This document shows, piece after piece, positions 37,988 through 51,800 of a stretch of DNA of 64,000 nucleotides. The stretch's first letter is position 1. Every line of letters begins with the position of its first letter. The stretch lies in assembly GCA_000934665.2 (NCBI GenBank), contig JYFJ02001951.1, positions 1 to 64,000 of the forward strand, read 5' to 3'. The notes beneath the pieces are model-generated. The model was not told where the DNA came from and did not search any database. It saw only the letters and a list, made by a program, of their open reading frames with translations. Made by a program: the position numbers and the translations under genes. This stretch comes from Catajapyx aquilonaris (Eukaryota).

Positions 37988-39686
37988 GACTCAGATTCAT
38001 TGTAAATTAATTCAGCGCCTGATATCCCGATAACCCCTAAAAATAACTGCTCTAATCTCCTCTCATTTTATACCAATAGTACCGCAATATATTTGCCTTA
38101 CTATAGCCTCAATGCGTTTTGTCCAGCTGATAAATAGTGGCATCGGTTGGACAACTTGGACTGTACATTACCCAGTTTTTCTCGGGTAGTTAGGCAGCAC
38201 AGTCCCCACACACGAAAAATTGCATCCATTTGTTCTCCTTTGAGTCGTGACCATTTCATTATTCGTGCTCGGCCAGTATAGTAATCCGTCTAGATCTGTC
38301 GCGATTGCATTTTCCATCCGGGAAAGAAGCGATTGTGGGTTTTTTTTTTGAATATAATAATGTCAGAGGCTGAGCAATTGCCTTCATCGCAATAAAGTTT
38401 TCTGCGTCTGAGGCTGCGGTCGAGTCGCAAAATCCACAGCCTGCCTGCCTGGCTCTTGTGTAATGAGAATTCGGAAGTAACATTATTACTACACGAAGCG
38501 TGTTTTTGGCGCCCGACAAACGTCGCTTCGGGCGTCATGGAGAATGAGACGACGACGAGTCTTTAGCGAGCATCAAGGATTTTGAGCCAGGAGAGATTGC
38601 TTTATGAGGCTGGAAAGGAAGGAAAATCGTTACTAATTACACGCACTGTCACAGGTCTAACGTGGCCAACCGACTATTACTTTGTACGTGTATTTCGTTA
38701 TGACTTTGGAGGTGAAAAGGGTATTGCAGTTTGTAACTTGTCTGTAAGCTGTTTATTAACTTGCAGGAGTTATCAATATTAATGTACACTATAGGTGTTT
38801 TGCGTTGACATATATGTTAGTATAGTCTTGATGATAGAGATGACATATCGTGACTTTCCCATATCATTCTAGTTGGTCCTATTGTCACTGCAAATAGGCT
38901 GCATCATGCGATGTCCATCATCCCACCATTTTTGTCGTTTGTCGGACATAATCCGAGTGTCGCCTTGCTGTCCATCATTATTTCCCATTAGTTTTTCGAT
39001 ACGTGGCTTCTGTCGCAACACTATGCACGTGAGAATGAAATCCAGGTTAACATGCAACAACCTTTTTGTGTTCGCGTGAAAACCCCCTTCCACTGAACTT
39101 CTGACCTAGATTTGCCAAGCTATTAATTAGTGGTTAAATCTAACTATAGGCCTGATATTTTGGAAACACCACCGCCCATGACCTCCACACGCATATATAG
39201 AGGTGCTTCCAGCAGCAGCAAAGGAAGCTTATGCAATATCGAGAGTCTGGCGCGTCGTAATGTAATAATATAATCCGTGCTGGTCTCTGAGTTCCGAGGA
39301 GGACACGCGAAGGCAGCCTAGCTATGCATGTTGCCTGCAGTTTCCAGCAAGGTTCCAGCCCCACGGAAATGAGCAGGGCGGTGCGGAAAGTGCTTCCAGG
39401 TACACCCTTGGGAAGGAAAGAAAACTCTCGGTGGGCTATCTCACACACTTGCACGTGATGTATTAGCAGCCCATTTCCCTCCTTGCCCAAATTCCTCCTC
39501 GGGGGCCTACGCTTATTGCTTCTGTAGACACCACTCAAAACACGCTCGCTTTCCTTTTAAGGACTCTTTTTTTTTTACCTGCATGTACTACCCAGATTCC
39601 TCCTCTTTACATGTGGCGCGTGTATAAAGGACGCTAAAATTCTTATTTTAATTATTTCGATTAATACAAAGCATTTCTCCTAAAAA

Positions 39687-40707
39687 TTAGTACAAGTTCT
39701 TGTTCTTGTTGCGCGATAGCAGCGACTCCATTGCGTGTGTCCTCTTCATGGCCAGCAGCTGGTTTTGAAGGTCTAACGCCATCTGCTTCTTCAGCTTCAG
39801 AACCATGTCCAGTCTCTCAGCCTGTCAGGAAAGGTCGGGTCATCCAGTTGGGGGGGTCACAATCTGATGCACTGTTCGAGAGATTATAATTTAATGTACA
39901 GTACCTGACATCGGAGTTGCTCGACCAACATTTCCTTTGACTCGATGTCGTCTTCGTCGTTTGGCGAATCGTCCTTGCTGGAAGCGGCTGCAACAATTTA
40001 TACATGCTCTCGTTATATGACATTGTTATTATTAGACAGGGTGGTGCAGCAACAATGGAATCAGAGAGTACAACCCTGCTGCGTATGACTGATCCGTGAT
40101 TATCATCATTGTTGCGGAGGACACTTACAGTCGGCGAACTTGGATCCGACTGTGACTGGGATTGTCTCCTTGATGCAGTCTTTGTTTCTGACCATGACCA
40201 TGATGGCGTTCTTGATCTTCTCCATAATTTGGTACAGCACCTTGTATATCACCGCATCCCTTGCACTCGCCAGCTGCTCGATAGTGGTCTTGGACAGAGA
40301 AATTTTCAACTTGGGAAATATCTGCGGGGGACAAAACTCGGTCTTTATATTTTTCTATAGCTGCGTTTATCTGATGGCTATATACCTTCTTGTTCAGGAC
40401 AGTCCAGTTCTCTCTCTTGGTGAGGCTGGTGCTAGAAGCGATGCAAGTGTTTTTCTCGATCCAACGAGGGAAGTAGTAGTACACGACCTGAGAGCAAAGG
40501 ACTGCGTGTGTGTGTCCCCCCCCACACCGCACCAACACTCATTAAAGTCGCTGTCATGGATGTGTGTAATTGCGATTAGAGTCACATACCTCCATCGGCG
40601 AACTCTCTTTCCCATTTCCCTTTGATTGGCCTCGTGAAGGGAATGTTGGCGATCCAGTTCTGCAGTTCGGTCAGCTGCTCGGGCGACGGCAATTTTTCCC
40701 GACTCAT
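39687..40707 (-). CDS. SPEF1: Sperm flagellar protein 1 (CLAMP): N-terminal calponin-homology domain plus C-terminal coiled coil, 5 exons, 214 aa
   Basis: Exons 40707-40590, 40501-40386, 40321-40129, 39987-39905 and 39821-39687, all GT-AG, 645 nt. Translation MSREKLPSPEQLTELQNWIANIPFTRPIKGKWEREFADGVLCSQVVYYYFPRWIE...KRENWTVLNKKIFPKLKISLS...EQLRCQAERLDMVLKLKKQMALDLQNQL. It is collinear with the SPEF1 CH domain (W..NIP.SRP...RDFSDG.L..V..YFP...NW..LN.K) and its terminal coiled coil. Confidence 0.85.
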
Positions 40708-43700
40708 CTTTGATTTTTGCCAAATTTTTGCTGCGGCCCACACCTTCCGAAAAATATGGGAGAGTGGCAGTTGTCGAACCGTTGCCAGGTAGCCGGTGGT
40801 GAATCGCCATTGTTGCTGTTAATGGGGGTCCTAGCCTGATGGTCCTAGTATGGTCCTATAAGACCCCGATTGCTATACATTTTCCACTGTACGGCAAACT
40901 GGGCCCGATCTGGACCGGGCCCACTACTTTGAAGACGACTCTTCCCGTTCCGGCGATTTACTGCACGTTCCAGGGCGCTGATGGAAAAACGTGAGTTCTG
41001 TCTCCATTTCGGGCCGGAGTGGTTTGGTGGTAGTTATTCGTTATCTCGTTTTGAAGCGGGTCTGAAGGGTGAAGAGAGGGGGCTGGGGTGCGTAGTTTCC
41101 ATTTCCTCTGCAGAATCGCCTCTTTCCTTATTCCCTCATTTTCCCGGAGCCGTGCTCCTGCAGATGGGAAATATTCCGGTGGGTGCTCCTCGCGTCAAGT
41201 GGACGTGACCTGAAATCGCGATCAGGATGCAGCAGCAGCACAGGTAGAGAGAAGAAGAGACGACCTGACTGGCTGTACGTGCATGCATGCACGCCCATCA
41301 CCCAAGCCGAGTTTGCCGTCGACGAGAGCTGTCGAGGGGATGACAACGACTGTTTGTCCACCGTCACATTTTTTTGCAGCCTCCCGTTCTCTACCTATTT
41401 AAAAAAATAAACGGCTCCAGGGCCGTGTCGCGCTCTGTCACAAGTTGCTGTCTGTGGGTTGAAAAAAAATATTCAGTTTTTAAACTATTAGTGTCTGGCC
41501 TTGATGGGACCCCAGTGTGCGCAGATGACATTTTGATTGTCCCTGATGTAAAGAGAGAGCCATCCGACGACATTTCCTGCATTGCCTTGCCAACCTGGGC
41601 ACAGAAGCAGGTCTCGAGTGTGTGGACCGGTATGCCTGCGCAGTGAACGAGTGAATGAAGGAACGGAAAATCACTGACCTGCTCCACTTGCTTCTGGTTC
41701 AAAAAGGCTTTCACTCCAGCAAAGCAGCACACAGCAGGAAATAATAACAAGTCGGCTGGGATTCCTTTTTCTTCTTCTTCCATCAACCCAGCCCCCTTGC
41801 TTTTTCTTTCTCTTTCCCAGCCAGACTTTCCTTTCCTACATATACTGTTCACTCTAGCAACCATTTTTAACCAGAAGCAATGCTGCTGCTTCCATGTTAC
41901 TGCAGCAGGGTATAAGCAACCAGTAACTTATTGTTCCCCTTTTGGCTGGATTTGGGCACACGTTGCAAGCCTGTCTCCTTTTCATTTGGAAGGCGGCAGA
42001 GGAAAGTGATTTTGGGTGGGTTGAGCCGCGATGCGCAATTTGGGAGGCCTGTATCAACATTCGGGGGCAGCATCACCCAAATACCTGCTAGATTGCATTT
42101 GGGCGGTTTGCAGCACCAGGCGGAACAGAAAACGACGTTAGGTTCCCGAAGCTTACACGCCATCACCCATCACTGTAATTTTTGGCGTGCAAAAAAAAAA
42201 AAAATGATCGATTTTCGAGATGAGCGGTTACAGAATGGAGTTTAGCAAACTAGGGTTTACGACACGGATCAGGTGATGCCAATTCAGCCGTGTGATTTTA
42301 AAAGCTCCTTCCGCGGTGCAAGCCAGGGCTTAAAATCATGACAGAATCCAAATCTGGCGATATCCACGCTGAAAAATGCAACGAACACCACTGTGTATCC
42401 AATGGAACAAACCGCGAGTGTACAATAGGCAAACTTGTCGAGAAAACGCTACTGTGCAACCATCCAACATGATGAAAGTAACAGCGACATTTGACCCAAC
42501 CAGGCAGGTTCATGGGGGCATTATGAGTCGGTGCTGGCGGTGTAATGAACGAGGCCAACTTCCTGAGCCACTAAAAGTGATTAGAGTCTGCCTGCCTGTG
42601 CCTGGGAGGAAGAATGGTCCAGTCCCCGGTGAAATCAGATTAGTTGCCGTGCTTTGGAAGCCAGCAGCTTCCGCCATTTCGTTGTGGACAGCACCAAGGA
42701 CGCCGAGGCTCTGTCTCCTTTTGTCTCGGTTTTCTGGAAGAAAAGAATGGCATATGTCTCGTCAATCAAAGGGGGGAACACAAGAGACCTCGAGCTGAAA
42801 TGATACGGAGTCCCCCTCCCGTGTTCCATTGTGACGATTCGGCAAGTGGAATCCGCTCCAATTTGGCCCAAGTGTATCTCCAATTAACTTCCTTAGCCGC
42901 CTGGAAGAGATTTCCTGGAAGCTCTCCAGACTTTCACCACCGGCGCTGTAATTGGCTGTTAGGGAGACGTCCTTTGGAGCAGGATTAAACAGCAGCCATG
43001 GTTACACTCGCCTGATGCTGTACTGTGTGTGTCTCTCCACCGACTGTACTGTATTTCTATCGGTGTATATACATCAGAGAGGCTTTAGCTCTCTTGCGCG
43101 ACTTAGTTGTAGTTCGGAATTCAGGCGGGTTTCGACCTCTGACTGCGCTTCATTTCAGCTCTTGTTGCGTCTCTTTTTTTTCTGTGTGAACTGTACGACA
43201 GTAGACAGCTGCAGGTCGACGGACTGTTGACGATGAGCTGTAGTATAAAAGGAGCTGTTGAGTTGATTGGATGATTCATTGCCCAGGTCAGAAGTGCTCA
43301 CTCCGGAAGCTACCATCACGACAAGTGTTGCATAAAATCGGAAAACCGCCACAATTTCATCGTCTGCTTGTTAGGGCCAAAAAGAATAACTTCTTCTCTA
43401 TGGACTTGGGACAGTACATAGCAAGTACACATTATTTTTCCATCACTATCCAAACATGACTGTCGGTTGTATAAGACTGAAATTCTCAATTATTGACCAT
43501 TTATTAATATATCCCTCAGTATATACCCTACAGTAAGATGGAATTTCTTTCAAAGCTGGACTATCTGAATATGTACTGGTTTTAGATTTTTTTGCAGGAG
43601 GTGAATTCATTTTCCTTCCATAAAAAGGGAGGGGAAAAAAATGATATTCCACTCCCTCTCTTCTCTCATTGTCTATTCTGACATCCCACGTACCGTATAA

Positions 43701-46700
43701 ATATTAGAGTGCCCAGCCCCTAATATTCGAGCTCTGCCCATGCGGCCATACCGGTACTCTTTGGGTCCAACCAGCGTATATAATCCCGTAATTCGACCTC
43801 AATCCCGCGCACTTCATCCTTATACTGCCAGGATTTATTCGCTGTATTGCAAGAAAAAAATTGGATCGGACACTGGAACCCAGCTCGACACAGTGGGATG
43901 GGAGAATATTTCAAATAAAAACACGATTCTCTACAGTTTTTTTTTTTTCAATCGTCGCGTCGTATAGCTTCTTTGTCGTATACGTACGGGCGATGAAGAG
44001 TCGTATTTAAATCCTTAATTCCCAGAGGGTTTTCATCGGCGGATTTAACCCTCCCAAGTGCCGCGTTTTACCAGGCTGGATTTGAAATTAAGCTGTGTTT
44101 TGCAGCCGGTAGCTAAGCGCACGATTTTTTGTTATAACTCGCAGAGTCCTATGCTCGGAGTTTCCTAAATTATTACGCGTGTTTTTCCCTCTTCGCTTAC
44201 AATAAAGCCCACTGCTTTTGCGTGCAACTTAATCAATTTTGTCTAAGACTAAAATCGACAGAAATATATTGTTTGAAGAATTGATTCAGTTGAGAAATAT
44301 TTTACTTCTAATAGAGTGGTCGCCATAACAAGTAAATGGCGTGTCACTATCCACTACACAACAAAAAGAGCGAAAAATCATTCAAATTGACCAGAATATC
44401 ATTCAAAATAATCTATACTGTGGGGTTGTATGCGACCATTATCTTTCAGAATGCAAAATAAAGAGAGTGACACCTTCATTTTTTTTAAAGTGGTCTGCAT
44501 TTGGTACAAGCTAGTAGTTTGTTACCTGGCAGTGTCGTAACGCTTGAAATCCCGTTACACATTGTGCATAGAGCATATAGACTGGAGGAGATGCATCGTA
44601 TTTTTATGTGTGTAAACATGTTGGCGCTCCCAAAGACGAGTCTTGGAAAATGATCGGCCGAGTGACCGGTTTTCCACTGAACCAAAATGTGGCCCGACTG
44701 GTTCTGGTTGTGCATCATCCCCCAACCAACCAACTAAACTTCTCATGCAAACCAGCAGCTGCTTGCACTCACTGACCCACTTCACACGAGTGTCTTGACC
44801 GATTAGGTGTCACCAAAGTGCAGGACGTACGAGTCTGTCCTCTTCGAGGGTGGGGAATAAACGAGAGGATGACGTGGAAAATGCTTCACAAAATAGTCGT
44901 GTCTCGAGGGAATAAAACATATCCCGTGTTTGTGTACATCCGGACTGCTTGACCGCTGGGGGAATAAATACGTGGTTAGTAGGACCTGCTGTAATGATTC
45001 GTGACAGTTTTGTCCGCATGCGGGGGACGGATTTGGACGCGACAGAAAATATTGTCGAGCGATTAGTCAACCCTTCCCACGAAATGTCAGAGAAGCAAGG
45101 CAACCATTATTTGTTGGGAAAAATACACCAGTGATGTTTTTTAGAGCGATGCGGTTAAAAGGCTGATTTACATAATGACGTCGCGTGCTGACAGGACAAA
45201 ATGTACATTAGTTTTTTTTAAAAAAACATTGTGATGTTTCTGTAACACTCTCGACGAACAGTATTTCAGTCGGGCGAATGTCGTTCGTGCCTCGCGTGAT
45301 ACAGAGCCGTAGCTTTTGATGCTATTGATTTAAGAATTGCAGCGATTTGGGGGCTTATCCCGCAGCAATTTTTACAAGACACAGCACCTCATTTTGTACA
45401 TAATGCAAGAGTGACACACATTCGCTGGGTTTATCGACGGGTAGGGGATGACAAGGAGCAAACAAAACCGGTTATTCAGTTATGCACCGATTTTTTTTAA
45501 ATGAAAAAAAGTACTTGGCCCTTGTCTGGAGGCAGCAGAGTGCTGCGGTTACGTGCAGTTGATGAGAAGTCTGTGAAGCATGCTGTGAAAAAAACCAGAG
45601 GTGCTGGCATGACCGCTGCCGTTCCCATATTTCATTCGTGACCTTTTATTAAACCGAGCCTTATTTTTACCTCCACCTGCCTGCCACTTTCGACCAAGGT
45701 TACAGGAATATCTTAAAAACTAGTCCTTTCTCGACATCATCTTAGAGGAGCAATTGGGAGATTTGCTTGGCTAACTGCAGGCGTGATAATCGCATCTGAT
45801 TGCACACTGAATGTTTGCATTTTCAGGATAAGATAACAGGGGCGAGCAAATAAGGCGTAGGATGATCTGCTTTTCATATTAGGAAGGTTTTGGTGGCCTT
45901 CTTTTTCCTTCCTTCTTTCCATCCCCTGGTCGTCCTTCAGGTTGTGTGCGTGTCCTTTCTTCCTTTCTTGTGCTGCTCACTTCAACCACCCCACCCTGTG
46001 CCCACCCTCCCTCAGTAGAGAGGGGGTGAGATCCGGTGATGGAAGTTGTGTTGGCCATCTCTGAGAGGAAATAGTGGCCTCTTATATAGCCACAGCGCAA
46101 GGTTGGGCATCTCCAAAGCAAAGTGTACGCGGTTACACGCTCGGATACATCCGAACAGGTACATACAAAGCAACTTCATTTTTTTCTCTCTCTCATCTCT
46201 ATCACTTGTTGGCTGAGCCATAACGCGATTCTTCCGATAATTGCAAGCAAGACCTTGGTGCAAATGGAATATTCGATGTTAAATTTACTGGCAGTAAATT
46301 CCGCATTTACCCCCGCTGGCGGCGCTTCTGATTGCCGCTAAACAATCAAGGTTACCAATTATATCTGGCGGGTGCTTCCAATATTATTGAATCACCCCCT
46401 TTTTTTATTAGGTTAGAGGGGAAATGCTTTGAAATGGAGTAATTGTGTATTCATACGGCAGCGAGTAGTGCTTTGCATTTTTCATACGTGTTTCGTTTGA
46501 CTTGCCGGCCCGCACTTGTTGCCTAATTGTTTGCAAATTTTTGTGCGCGTGGTTTTGGGTCCAGACTTTTTCTCAAAGCTACATAAAAAAAATTGTACAC
46601 ATGTTGCTTTTACTTATTTCATCGACTTCACGGCATAAATCAGATTCAAGGGTTCAGTTCCGTTGCGATATTTTCATGCTTGTTCGTAATCAGTGATTGC

Positions 46701-47616
46701 GCGATTTTTTTCGCCACCAATCACGACCAAATTCTGTCAATTTTTGTGGCTTTAAAGCTCGTTTTTTGTATATTTAAAAAAAGCGGACGTGTGAATAGCA
46801 TTGTTGTTGGTGTTGCGTAACGCTTGTTGCTCGTCATTGTGTGCGAGTGCATGAAATGAGTGGAGTGGTATTCCGTGTGGTGCAGTACATCAAGTGCTTC
46901 ACAGGTTGAAGGGTATACATGTGAGGAAATCGCGTGTCGAAAATCCCAACGAGTTTCCCTCTCTTCCAACTGATAAGCATAATTTTAGTACGCATTAATA
47001 TGCTAATATGTTGCTCGCGTACAGGTTCGTGCCAACCGCTCGAGATTTAAGTTGCATTTTTTATTTTTTATTTTTTTATTTTTTTGCAAGAGCCTGGATT
47101 TGGGTGGGCAGCACGGGCATCATAATTAGTGCTTTGTCGGCTTGAATAGGATAATTGGCTCATTATGCATGGGGACAATCGCAGCAAGCAAATAATTACA
47201 TGCGCCCTTCCAATTTTGAAACCGATTTCAAACATGGTTCGCTCTTGGGAAATGTATAATTATATATAGGGAGGGAAATGTGCTGGATTGTTGCTTCTCT
47301 GTTGGGGGGTTGTGCGTCACCCTGTACCAGCTCTTGCCTGTACATATTATAACCCATGACCCAAATCCACGCCCGCTTCTTTGTTCCGTTATACGCTGCA
47401 GCACGTGTTCGCAGAGATATCCATCGAGCGAGGACGCAAAAGAATAATGGTAAATATTCGGTTATGAAGTGCTCCACATCTTGAAGCGATATTAATCTTC
47501 TGTTTCGGCTGGTTGCAAAAATGTTGTCACATCCGGCAACATTGCCACACTAAAAACTCTGTCACACACATACCGTCACACACACACACACACACAGAGA
47601 GAGAGTAAGGGTCGTA

Positions 47617-47630
47617 GTTGCCGTGGCAAC
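47617..47630. promoter_or_regulatory. RFX X-box, perfect consensus
   Basis: GTTGCC-GT-GGCAAC matches GTNRCC-N(0-3)-RGYAAC with no mismatch. Confidence 0.5.
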
Positions 47631-48855
47631 ATATTGATTTAGGACCGGGTTTATTCATGCGAGGGCATTTTCGGCCAGCTTGTTGCACACACCCCGACCC
47701 ATCCCACAAATTGAAAAAAAAAGGTAAAAAAAAGGGGGGGGTTGGGCGGGAATTACACCTCCCGTAGGATGATTAAAAGGCTTACAGAATTGATTCCATC
47801 GGGTCATAATAATCGGAGGCTGTCCCTTTCCATGTGCATGTCTGCTCGAATATACTGTGTATATGAGCACAGCGGAGATGATTCATTCCCCATGATGCCG
47901 CCTACACATAATTGTCGCAAAAACATGAACGTACTGTTCATGGAAAAGTGATGAGTGCGTACGTGGTTGACTATTAAGGTGTCTGCCCCCATTGGTTGAC
48001 TCACGCACATTCATGGGGACATTCGTATGGAACCAAAACGGGCTGGGTATAGCGGACCGGTTCCGGAACGGGTCAGTTTCTCGTATGTTGAACCCACCGG
48101 TAGCCACCAAATTAAACATCCTGAAAAGATAGCTGCACGGCTTTATCTCGCATTGATGTCAATGACCACCTGATGTCAGTGTGTACGTACGTACTCGCTG
48201 CACAGTAATTAAGCCCAAGGACCCAGGCGATGATGACACTTGGAGCCAATCAAACGTCCGCTGTTTTAGACTGATTGGATTACTCACTATGCGAATTTAT
48301 TATTGAGTGTGGGTTGGTTTTTAATCAGGAAGCAGAGCCTGCAATCTTCATATAATATGCAAAAAAAAAAGGAAAAGTTTGAATCCAATAAGAGCATTCA
48401 AGATGGGAGGGAATAAGCTAGTTGTTCCCCCCAGCAACCAGTGGTCTGGATGCTAAAGAGCAGAAATAATAATCGGTTTGATTTGGATTCATTGTGGGAC
48501 GCAGAGGAACCTAAGGCCGTGAATATTTGGCTTTAGTTGCCTCTGCTCTCCCCATTGGCCCATGTGTATAGATTTTTTTTTTTTTAAAAAAAAGAAAGGC
48601 TCTGCACAGCCTGCATAAATATCTGCACAGTGTTTACCAGCAGCAACATTGGTTGCCCCCTGATGTGCTGTTAAATGAGATAACGAGCAAGCGTTGGCTT
48701 TACTGCATTGCTTTTGTGGGGATTGCATGTGAACTTTGTAACTGCCCCTTTGTGGACTCCCAACTTTTGGACCAAAGAGTAACAAGAAGTGTTTTGGTCC
48801 CATGCAGGTTGAGCGTCGTCGTCGTCATCGTTAGTTGGAGGCAGCGTCGAGCAGC

Positions 48856-51800
48856 ATGCAAATAGCGACGTCGTACCTGGGCCACCTCCTGGTGACGATA
48901 TGGCGTCGCAAGTCAACCATCCTAGGAGCCTGTGCAGGGCTGGTGGTCCTTCTTCTATGCGTGCAGTACTCCTCCGTGGGCAATGGAACCAGGCCCCAGG
49001 CTGTCCTGCCTGGACCGTCCTCTCAGGAGGCACTGAAGCAGTCCCTCAGGATTCTGCACAGGAGTGGGCATCCCGGAGGAGTAGGCACCCCACCCATCAG
49101 GGATGAGGAAGAGGACACATCCAAGAACCACCACCAGTCGCTGCCGTCATCCGTGGCAGCCAAAGTGATCAACGTTGTCCGCTTTGTGCCCACAGTCAAC
49201 CAACCTCTGGAGAGGCATGCCCCGGTCCAGGAACAAGCCGTGAGTTGTAGCATCCAACAGGCGACCAAAAATTTCTAATGAAGCCGTGGCCTGAAACTGA
49301 TCTGATAATAATTTGTCCACCTCGGTCTCAGCACGGGGTACAAAATTAATTTATTAATAGATCTGATAATTTGGCAAAGTATGTAATCTGCAATTTCATG
49401 TAGAGTTGGGCCGTGGAGTCCATTTGCCTCCTGGCCCTATAGAATGGGCTGCCGCTAACAAAAGTTTCAGAACTGCGGTGCCATCCTATCGTGTCCAAAA
49501 ATGACTATTTTTTTTCTTGGGAGATGGTCTGATGGGAAGGAAGTTTAACTTGCATGCCAACTGTGCAGGAGGATTTCCCTGCACCGGGAATTTCCTGCAA
49601 TTGTCTGGAAGTTTCATGCACTTTTTGCATGACGGACACAAAAGTTTCCTTCCATCCTCTCTCCCTTGAAAACCAGGCAGTGAGAACATGCTGCAGTGCC
49701 GTGAGCTGTGTCTGGGTTATTTAGAGGGCATTTGTTATTGAAGGCTTGGATGGTAATTGGTGGGGTCTACTCATTAGCTGAAGTTTGCTTCATTTTGCTT
49801 AATTGTAATGGAAATAAAGGCATTCGGCTTCCATGCAGCCGCTGAGCACACTTTTCAATAATAACGGCTGTAAGTATAGGCTTGAATGTAATAGCTTTTA
49901 TGCAGGTACCGTTGTGGTGTTAAAGTGGTGTAATTGCATTCGCAACCACTGTAACATAATGTATTGCAAATTTGAAAGTTATTGGATTATTCAGTGATGA
50001 ATATTTATACCACATGCGGTGATAAAAGGCTACCCGCATGTTAACAATGTGCACTTGTGGGAATTTCTATACTCCTATTAATAGGTATTGGTACGTTGTA
50101 ATATTCTTGAACAAGTGCGGCATAGCAGCAGGCTTGCGTAGTTGGCTGAGGGTAATCACTTCAGATTCTTTGGTTATGTCATCATTGGCTGTCACACGTA
50201 ATAGCCTTCCATTGTATTACATCCAACATTGTCAGATGTCGTTGTCGTATGCAACTCATGTAATTATTATCCAAGCATGCAGGAGTAGTGGAGGGGAGTC
50301 TTCCGGCATTTCCCCCTCCCTGCCGCAACCCACAGGCTACTCCGACAAAAGGTAGCACTTCCTGTAAACAATACAGGAACAAATGGTTTTTTTTGGCTGC
50401 TTCCCTCAGGTCATGTTCTGAAATATTCAGCGTGATCCAATTGAAAATAATTAGTGGAGTTATTTTTAGTGGTTGTCAACAGTTTTCATTGGCGATGTTC
50501 GGTTGCTTGGCCACATTTCAATTGGAACGTCCTGTATAGTTTTTAAAAATGTGCTGCGCTTACTACTTGAACGTGTAACTGATGCTGATTCTTGCTTTAG
50601 GTGGTGGACGAGGCACATGCAGCTGAGCTGGCACTTCAGGACACTCCGAGCCGTGACGAGATAGCCCTGGCCCGACGACGAGCTGCCCTGGACCGACGGC
50701 AGTCGTCAGAGCAGAAGGTGGTTCATGTAGCGGTGGCCAGCTCCTCCTCGGCACATCAGCTGATGCAACTGGCTGTCCAGCAGCACCAGAAGCAGCAGCA
50801 GCTGCAGCAGGAGGCAGGGTCATGGAATTACGCATACCAGCAGGGTGTCCAGTCGGATGGACTTCCCACAGCTGACTTGGACCCGCTGCACCCTTACATC
50901 CCTCAGCACCGTTTGGTTCACCTTGATTTGAAGGGTGCTCCACCCAAGATTGAGTTCCTGAAGAAGCTGTTGCCGCTAGCTAAGCGTCTGGGTGCCACAG
51001 GACTGCTTCTGGAGTGGGAGGACATGTATCCGTTCAGGGGGTCCCTGTCCACCGTCTCCACCAAGAACCACTACAGCCGGCGAGAGGTGATGACCATTCT
51101 GGATATTGCCAGGAGCCAGCAGCTGGAGGTCATCCCACTGGTGCAGACCTTTGGTCACCTTGAGTTTGCCCTGAAGCACCCTGCTTTTGAGCATCTCCGA
51201 GAGGTGGCAGAAATACCTCAAGCCCTGTGCCCGTCCCAGAACGATTCCTTCCAGTTCATACAGCGGATGGTCGAGCAGGTGATGAGTGTGCACAAGAAGG
51301 CCAGGTTCCTGCACATTGGATGCGACGAGGTGTTCCACATGGGCGAGTGCTCCCTGTGCCGGCAGCACTCCAGGGAGGATATCTTCTTGAACCACGTTTC
51401 CAGGGTGGCCAAGTGGGTCCGACACAGGTTCAACGTCACCCCAATCATATGGGATGACATGCTGAGGCAAATTCCAGTCCAGATGATGGAAACGGCCGAG
51501 ATTGGCTCCTTGGTGGAGCCCATGGTGTGGGTGTATGCAGAGGACGTGTACCGGTTTGTACCCACAGGGGTGTGGGACAAGTACTCGCGGATCTTCACGC
51601 ACGTGTGGTCGGCCAGTGCCTTCAAGGGTGCGTTTGGAGAGACATTGGTGGTGCCTGATGTGCGCCGTCATCTCGAAAACAACCTGAAGTGGCTGGAGGT
51701 CATGAGTCGAGAAGGAGAGAAGTTCCAGGGAGGCTTTAGAGGCATTGCCATCACTGGATGGCAACGGTATGACCACTTCGCTGTGCTTTGCGAGCTCCTT

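Noticed and set aside
43155..43352. Short minus-strand ORF with a signal-peptide-like start, and plus-strand TATAAAA at 43244
   Set aside because: The ORF begins at GTG with no supporting exons, and the TATA-Inr spacing is off canonical.
46012..46088. Minus-strand TATATAAG with a downstream ATG
   Set aside because: The initiator is weak and no downstream coding exons are identifiable, so it cannot be supported.
50976..51776. 266-aa antisense ORF, and similar ones opposite NUP133 (15638-16369, 16371-16964)
   Set aside because: These are shadows of GC3-rich coding sequence on the other strand, with no recognisable domains.
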